Of a stretch of DNA of 64,000 bases, positions 58,452-64,000 are shown piece by piece. The stretch covers positions 946 through 64,945 of the forward strand of contig JAIDQZ010000041.1 of the NCBI GenBank assembly GCA_029062005.1, read 5' to 3'. The stretch is from Muribaculaceae bacterium (GTDB lineage: Bacteria > Bacteroidota > Bacteroidia > Bacteroidales > Muribaculaceae). The notes beneath the pieces were generated by a model that was given only the letters and a program-made list of their open reading frames with translations, made no database searches and was not told the DNA's origin. The stretch's first letter is position 1. Each line of letters begins with the position of its first letter. The translations under genes and the position numbers were made by a program.

Positions 58452-59571
58452 TGCACCGCTTCTTAAAGAGCTTGAGGATGCCGCTTCCAGGGTGATAAGG
58501 AGCGGCTGCTATCTGCATGGACCGGAGACAAAGGCTTTCGAGGAAGAACTCGCCATGCAGTGCGGCTCTAAATATGCCATCGGTGTCAGCAACGGGCTGG
58601 ATGCATTGAGGCTTATCATCCGCGGATATATCGAAACAGGTCGTCTGCGACCGGGAGATGCAGTAATGGTGGCTGCCAACACCTACATTGCCACTGTGAT
58701 GCCCGTCACGGAGTTCGGACTGGTCCCAATATTTGTGGAGCCGGATGCCGATACAATGAACTTCAACTGGGAAGAAGCATCGCGGATACTGGCTGAGAAT
58801 GATGACTCGCAGTTTCCGTTGAATATCAGATGCGCTCTTATCACTCATCTTTATGGCACACCTTGCTGGGATAGCACTGTGGCAGACATGATGAGGAGCA
58901 GAGGCATGATCATAGTGGAGGATAATGCCCAGGCTATTGGGGCTGAGGCTTCGGAAGAGGGTTTTAACGGCGTTAGTCACACCGGAAATCTTGCAGATGC
59001 TGCGGCGTTCAGCTTTTATCCCACTAAAAATATCGGAGCTCTCGGCGATGCCGGCGCTGTCACTACCAATGATCCGGTTCTTGCCGATGCCGTAAAGGCA
59101 CTTGCAAACTACGGCACCGACCGCAGGTATCATAACATTTATGCCGGCTTCAACTGCCGTCTTGATGAGATACAGGCAGCCATGCTCAGGATCAAACTGC
59201 GCCATATGGGGGAGGAAACCCGACGCCGTCGGGAAATAGCGGAGATATATTCCCGGGAGATTAATAATCCTATTGTTGAACTGCCGGCTATATTTCCCGA
59301 TATGATTCAGGTGTGGCATCAGTATGTGGTGCGCGTTCCGGAAGGTTTACGTGACAACATGCGAAATTATCTTATGGAGCACGGGATCCAGACCGATGTG
59401 CATTATCCGTCGCCTCCATATATGCAACCTTGCTATGTGGAAGACTATGCGCCGGAAGCTGAAACACTGTCGGTCCGTCTTTCCAACAGCTGCATAAGTC
59501 TTCCAATCGCGAATTTAACTTCAGAAAATGCCGTCGAGGTGTCGGAAATCATAAATAAATTCAGATCATGA
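58423..59571 (+). CDS. DegT/DnrJ/EryC1/StrS aminotransferase (FdtB-like)
   Basis: VSNGLDAL, EDNAQAIG, FSFYPTKNIGALGDAG, NCRLDEIQAA. Confidence 0.9.
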   Translation: MNFLNLAKTNAPLLKELEDAASRVIRSGCYLHGPETKAFEEELAMQCGSKYAIGVSNGLDALRLIIRGYIETGRLRPGDAVMVAANTYIATVMPVTEFGLVPIFVEPDADTMNFNWEEASRILAENDDSQFPLNIRCALITHLYGTPCWDSTVADMMRSRGMIIVEDNAQAIGAEASEEGFNGVSHTGNLADAAAFSFYPTKNIGALGDAGAVTTNDPVLADAVKALANYGTDRRYHNIYAGFNCRLDEIQAAMLRIKLRHMGEETRRRREIAEIYSREINNPIVELPAIFPDMIQVWHQYVVRVPEGLRDNMRNYLMEHGIQTDVHYPSPPYMQPCYVEDYAPEAETLSVRLSNSCISLPIANLTSENAVEVSEIINKFRS

Positions 59572-60629
59572 CAGAAGAAAAGAAGAGTAATATAAGATCA
59601 GTAGACAGTCCCGGAGCTGGTAGACGACGGGTGTACTGGATGTTCGGTCTGTCCGGACTCTTTGTCATTGCCCTTGTGGGCATATATTTAATGTTGCTTT
59701 CAGGGCAGGCTCCTTCAGGCGCCGTGATAAAGATCCCCTCGGCAGCCACTTCGGAACAACTGCACGACTCCATATCGAAATATCTTGGAGAAAGCTATGC
59801 TAAGAAGGTAAGCAGACTTGTCGCACTCAGAGGAACAGATCTGAATTCTCGTCACGGGGCATATCTGATTGAGGCAGGCATGAGCCCTCTCGACGCTATG
59901 CGTCGTCTTACCGGCGGACCACAGGAACCTCTGACCATCACCATCAACGGATTTCGTCTTCTTCCGGTGCTTGAGGAAAAAGTGGCTGCCAGATTTGATT
60001 TCTCTCAAGATGATTTAGCCGGCGTGCTTGCCGATTCTACAGTCGTTAAGCCGTATGGACTGACGCCGGAGCAGGCGCTCGCTCTTTTTTTTAATGATTC
60101 ATATGATTTTTATTGGAGTGCTTCTCCTGAGGATGTCATAGAGAAGATAGGTTCGCATTATCTTGATGTCTGGACTCCTGAACGGAAGGCAAAGGCGGAA
60201 GCTCTCGGACTTACTCCTGCGGAAGTGATGATCGTAGCTTCAATAGTAGACGAGGAGACAAATGCAAAAGAAGAAAAAGGCACTATCGGCCGCCTTTACA
60301 TCAACCGATTGAAAAAGGGCATGCGTCTGGAGGCGGATCCGACTGTAAGGTTTGCAGGAGGAGACTTCACAATCAAGAGAGTACGCAATCCAAAGTCGGT
60401 GGAGAGTCCGTATAATACCTACATTCATGCGGGTCTTCCGCCGGGTCCTATCCGCACTACGTCGGTAGAGACAATTGATGCCATACTCGACAGCCAGCCT
60501 CACGATTTCATCTTTATGTGTGCCAAAGAGGACTTTTCCGGCCGTCATAACTTTGCCGTGACTTATGCCGAGCATCAGGCTAACGCAAGGCGATATAAGC
60601 GGGAACTTGACCGTCGCGGCATATTGTGA
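59568..60629 (+). CDS. mltG: Endolytic transglycosylase
   Basis: ASIVDEE, RLEADPTV, SPYNTY..GLPPGPI, H.FA. Confidence 0.93.
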   Translation: MTEEKKSNIRSVDSPGAGRRRVYWMFGLSGLFVIALVGIYLMLLSGQAPSGAVIKIPSAATSEQLHDSISKYLGESYAKKVSRLVALRGTDLNSRHGAYLIEAGMSPLDAMRRLTGGPQEPLTITINGFRLLPVLEEKVAARFDFSQDDLAGVLADSTVVKPYGLTPEQALALFFNDSYDFYWSASPEDVIEKIGSHYLDVWTPERKAKAEALGLTPAEVMIVASIVDEETNAKEEKGTIGRLYINRLKKGMRLEADPTVRFAGGDFTIKRVRNPKSVESPYNTYIHAGLPPGPIRTTSVETIDAILDSQPHDFIFMCAKEDFSGRHNFAVTYAEHQANARRYKRELDRRGIL

Positions 60630-60683
60630 TGTTGACTGCCGAATATTCTGATTCCGGAATTATGGATTATATATGTTAAGACT

Positions 60684-61889
60684 ATGAAGCGTCTGCTGTC
60701 AACAGTCATCCTTTCAGTTGTCTTTTTCATGGTAGTTGCCAAAGAGCATCTGCCTGATGAGTTGTGCTGGAATCCCGTCTGTGCAGTGAGTGTTCCGGAA
60801 GTGGATTCTATCATTCCTGTAGCTCCGAGATTCACCGATCCTGAATTGAGGATGCAGTCCATACGCGATGCGGAAGCGGATGATAACAGAAACTGGTGGT
60901 ATCTATTTAGAAAGGGTGAATTGAAGATGGATGATCCAACCGTAGAGTGGCCGCGTTTTCTTGGATTCTGTGTGAAAGTATATAATTGGGGCGATCATGT
61001 GTTCAGTTCCTTCAATCCGGAGTATGTGGAGGGCACAGGAAAGAAATGGCGTGCACGGGTGCTCAACGATAACTGGAATGATTCATACTATATCCGCTTC
61101 ACTAATAAGTTCAAGTCACTTATGAGCGGTAATCTCCATATCCTGGCAGGCGCATCGATTCAATATATGGCGGTAAGCTATACATATACCGTGGATATAT
61201 CCCACCTGCTGAATGGAGGTCCTATCAATTACAAGAAGCAGGAATTCGGTTTCAACTGTGCCCGTTTCAGTATCGACGGCTATTTCTATTCTAACGGAGG
61301 AGGTACGTATATCCGGAATTTTGGGCAGTATAATGATCATGGGGCTGTGAGGATACCGTTTTCAGGCGTGTCGATGACCTCTTTCGGTCTGGAAGGGTAT
61401 TATTTCGTCAATGGCTATAAGTATTCGCAGGCGGCAGCCTATGCCTTCTCAAAAATACAGAAAAAAAGTCAGGGATGCTTTATGGCAGGTCTTGCATACT
61501 GCAATCAGAATATCGATTTTGATTTCGACAAGCTTCCCGAGGAGCTGAAACCATTCATGACATTCAACAATACGAATTACCGTTTTCATTACAACGACTA
61601 TAATCTGCTGTTCGGGTATGGCTACAATTGCGTGATGGGTCCGCATTGGCTATATAATATAACGGTGATACCGGGAGCCGGCTTCAACCATTGCTATGAG
61701 GATTCGGCTGATGGAAGCACGAAGCTCCTGTCGATCAGCGGACGCGCAATGACTTCATTCACTTACAACAACGGCAATTGGTTTGCCGGATTACAGGGCA
61801 AGATAAGGGGAAACTGGTATCATTCCGGTCAGGCATCGCTCTTCAATACAGTGGAAAGCATAGTCCTCTCAGGTGGTATCCGTTTCTGA
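60684..61889 (+). CDS. DUF4421-like outer-membrane beta-barrel
   Basis: Signal peptide, aromatic beta strands, C-terminal GGIRF. Confidence 0.7.
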   Translation: MKRLLSTVILSVVFFMVVAKEHLPDELCWNPVCAVSVPEVDSIIPVAPRFTDPELRMQSIRDAEADDNRNWWYLFRKGELKMDDPTVEWPRFLGFCVKVYNWGDHVFSSFNPEYVEGTGKKWRARVLNDNWNDSYYIRFTNKFKSLMSGNLHILAGASIQYMAVSYTYTVDISHLLNGGPINYKKQEFGFNCARFSIDGYFYSNGGGTYIRNFGQYNDHGAVRIPFSGVSMTSFGLEGYYFVNGYKYSQAAAYAFSKIQKKSQGCFMAGLAYCNQNIDFDFDKLPEELKPFMTFNNTNYRFHYNDYNLLFGYGYNCVMGPHWLYNITVIPGAGFNHCYEDSADGSTKLLSISGRAMTSFTYNNGNWFAGLQGKIRGNWYHSGQASLFNTVESIVLSGGIRF

Positions 61890-61946
61890 TGCTTCCCATT
61901 GGATTCTGCCTCTTGTTTCCTGTTTCTTGGCTTTTGACTTAAAAAA

Positions 61947-61976
61947 ATAATCCATCCCGGATTTGGAATGGATTAT
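61947..61976 (-). terminator. Terminator of pnp
   Basis: ATAATCCAT...ATGGATTAT stem plus T-run on the minus strand. Confidence 0.7.
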
Positions 61977-61998
61977 CTTGTTTCTATTTATATTTTAT

Positions 61999-64000
61999 TT
62001 ATTCGTGTCTTGGTCCGCGAGGTCCGCGGTCGTTTCCTCCGTCGCGTCTCGGTCCGCGAGGTCCGCGGTCACCGTCTCTGCGCGGTCTGTCTCCATCGCG
62101 GCGCGGGCGGTCGCCTCTTTCACCCCTCGGGCGAGACTCTCGCTCTACGTAGCCCTCTGGCTTCTCTGTAAGAGCTCGCATCGACAGACGGTACTTGCCT
62201 GTCTTCTTGTCGATTTCAATGAGCTTGACCTTGACTGTATCACCTTCCTTAAGACCTGATGCCTCCATGTTTTCAAGACGATCCCAAGAGATCTCGCTGA
62301 TGTGGAGAAGTCCGTCACGTCCCGGCATGAATTCTACAAACGCACCGAAGTCGAGGATCGAGCGGACTTTGCCTTCATATGTCTCACCCTCTTCAGGCAT
62401 AGCTACGATTGCCTTGATCTTTGCAAGTGCTGCGTCGATGCTTGCCTTGTCTTTGGAAGCGATCTCGACCTTGCCTATGCCGAGTTTCTCGTCTTCGTCA
62501 ATTGAGATGGTAGCGCCTGTCTCTTCCTGAATGCCCTGGATGATCTTGCCCTGTGGACCGATGACGGCACCGATCATTTCTTTCGGGATCTCGATGGTCA
62601 CGAGGCGGGGCACATGCGGCTTGTAGTCTTCACGTGCTTCCGGAATTGCTTCCGCAATCTTGCCGAGGATATGAAGACGACCCTGGCGTGCCTGATCAAG
62701 AGCCTTTGCAAGGATCTCGTAGCTGAGACCGTCGCACTTGATGTCCATCTGAGTTGCCGTGATGCCGTTTTCTGTACCGGTCACCTTGAAGTCCATGTCT
62801 CCGAGGTGGTCTTCGTCGCCGAGGATATCGGAAAGCACGGCATATTTTGTTGCTCCCGGATCAGAGATGAGACCCATAGCCACTCCGGCTACCGGACGCT
62901 TCATCTTCACTCCGGCATCAAGCAGGGCGAGTGTACCGCCGCATACAGTAGCCATGGAGGAACTGCCGTTTGATTCGAGAATGTCGCTGACGATGCGGCA
63001 AGTATAGGGGAAGCCCTCAGGGAACATACGCTTAAGCGCCCTGTGTGCAAGGTTGCCGTGACCTATCTCGCGGCGGCCTACGCCACGTTGCGGACGGGCC
63101 TCGCCGGTAGAGAAGGGTGGGAAATTATAGTGGAGCAGGAAGCGCTCCTTGCTCTGGTTGAGTACGTCGTCTACTATCTTTTCGTCGAGAGTAGTGCCGA
63201 GAGTGGCTGTCACCAGAGCCTGTGTCTCGCCACGTGTGAAGACGGCAGATCCGTGAGGTCCGGGTATATAGTCGGTCTCGATCCAGATGGGGCGGATCTC
63301 GGTGGTCTTGCGGCCGTCGAGACGGATGCCTTCGTCGAGGACACAACGGCGCATTGCCTCTTTCTCAACATCGTGGTAGTAGCGCTTCACCATTGCTATG
63401 CGCTGCTCCTCATTGTAGTTGGCAAGCTGCTCCTCCGTCATCTCGGGGAGTGATTCGATATATTCGTCGCGAATAGCCTTGAACGATTCATTGCGCCACT
63501 GCTTGTCGGCGCTTCCGGTCTTTGCTATTGCGTATGCCTTGTCGTAGCATTTCTCATGAACATCGGCACGGAGTGCATCGTCGTTCACTTCATGGCAATA
63601 TTCACGTTTGGTTTCCTTGCCAGCCTCTTTCATGAGTTCCATCTGAGCCACGCAGTGCTTCTTGATTTCCTCATGAGCTACCTTGAGAGCCTCAAGGAGT
63701 TCTGCTTCGCTCACCTCGTTCATCTCACCTTCCACCATCATGATATTGTCGTAGGTGGCGCCGACCATAAGTTCGATGTCGGCTTCCTCGATCTGTGCGA
63801 AAGTGGGGTTGATCACCCATTCGCCGTTGACACGGGCAACTCGCACTTCGGAGATCGGGCCGTTGAAAGGAATGTCGCTGCATGCGAGGGCGGCAGAAGC
63901 GGCTATGCCGGCAAGTGCGTCCGGAGCATCATTTTCATCGGCTGAGAAGAGTGTGACGTTGACAAATGTCTCGGCATGGTAATTGTCAGGGAAGAGAGGG
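61999..64000 (-). CDS. pnp: Polyribonucleotide nucleotidyltransferase; 5' end outside the window
   Basis: [36 protein letters not shown] and S1 domains. Confidence 0.97.
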   Translation of the reverse strand, partial: PLFPDNYHAETFVNVTLFSADENDAPDALAGIAASAALACSDIPFNGPISEVRVARVNGEWVINPTFAQIEEADIELMVGATYDNIMMVEGEMNEVSEAELLEALKVAHEEIKKHCVAQMELMKEAGKETKREYCHEVNDDALRADVHEKCYDKAYAIAKTGSADKQWRNESFKAIRDEYIESLPEMTEEQLANYNEEQRIAMVKRYYHDVEKEAMRRCVLDEGIRLDGRKTTEIRPIWIETDYIPGPHGSAVFTRGETQALVTATLGTTLDEKIVDDVLNQSKERFLLHYNFPPFSTGEARPQRGVGRREIGHGNLAHRALKRMFPEGFPYTCRIVSDILESNGSSSMATVCGGTLALLDAGVKMKRPVAGVAMGLISDPGATKYAVLSDILGDEDHLGDMDFKVTGTENGITATQMDIKCDGLSYEILAKALDQARQGRLHILGKIAEAIPEAREDYKPHVPRLVTIEIPKEMIGAVIGPQGKIIQGIQEETGATISIDEDEKLGIGKVEIASKDKASIDAALAKIKAIVAMPEEGETYEGKVRSILDFGAFVEFMPGRDGLLHISEISWDRLENMEASGLKEGDTVKVKLIEIDKKTGKYRLSMRALTEKPEGYVERESRPRGERGDRPRRDGDRPRRDGDRGPRGPRRDGGNDRGPRGPRHE

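Noticed and set aside
61999-62150. R/G/D/P-rich repeats at the PNPase C-terminus
   Set aside because: In-frame low-complexity tails are common on PNPases of this group.

Overview
Gut Bacteroidales chromosome segment, Muribaculaceae-like by inference from gene content and style. Most of it is core genome: a partial PL11 rhamnogalacturonan lyase, TPR-DUF4292-EnvC, ilvD-ilvB-ilvN-ilvC, ribD, DUF6242-DUF6089-uppS-bamA-skp-skp-murI, tRNA-Leu(TAA), ompA, EEP-rhomboid-rhomboid, HU, argS, yccA, fucI-fucP, an AddA-like helicase, SUI1, dapF-dapL, a PL26-like lyase, tatA-tatC, hpf-fdtA-fdtB-mltG-DUF4421 and a partial pnp. An accessory tract lies at about 40.9-52.6 kb. It holds: (i) a stand-alone lysis cassette (holin-like, u-spanin-like lipoprotein, GH108 endolysin); (ii) an 818-bp recombinase-less element inserted in the 3' end of a DEDDh exonuclease gene, flanked by GA/GA with 27-bp imperfect inverted arms that reconstruct a serine-recombinase-type attP, supplying a recoded replacement gene tail and carrying a candidate toxin-antitoxin module (22-aa amphipathic peptide, antisense promoter, RHH-like protein); (iii) two highly structured promoter-proximal RNAs; (iv) surface lipoprotein, thioredoxin-like and T9SS cargo genes. 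All family assignments come from motif recognition by eye; no database searches or folding programs were run.
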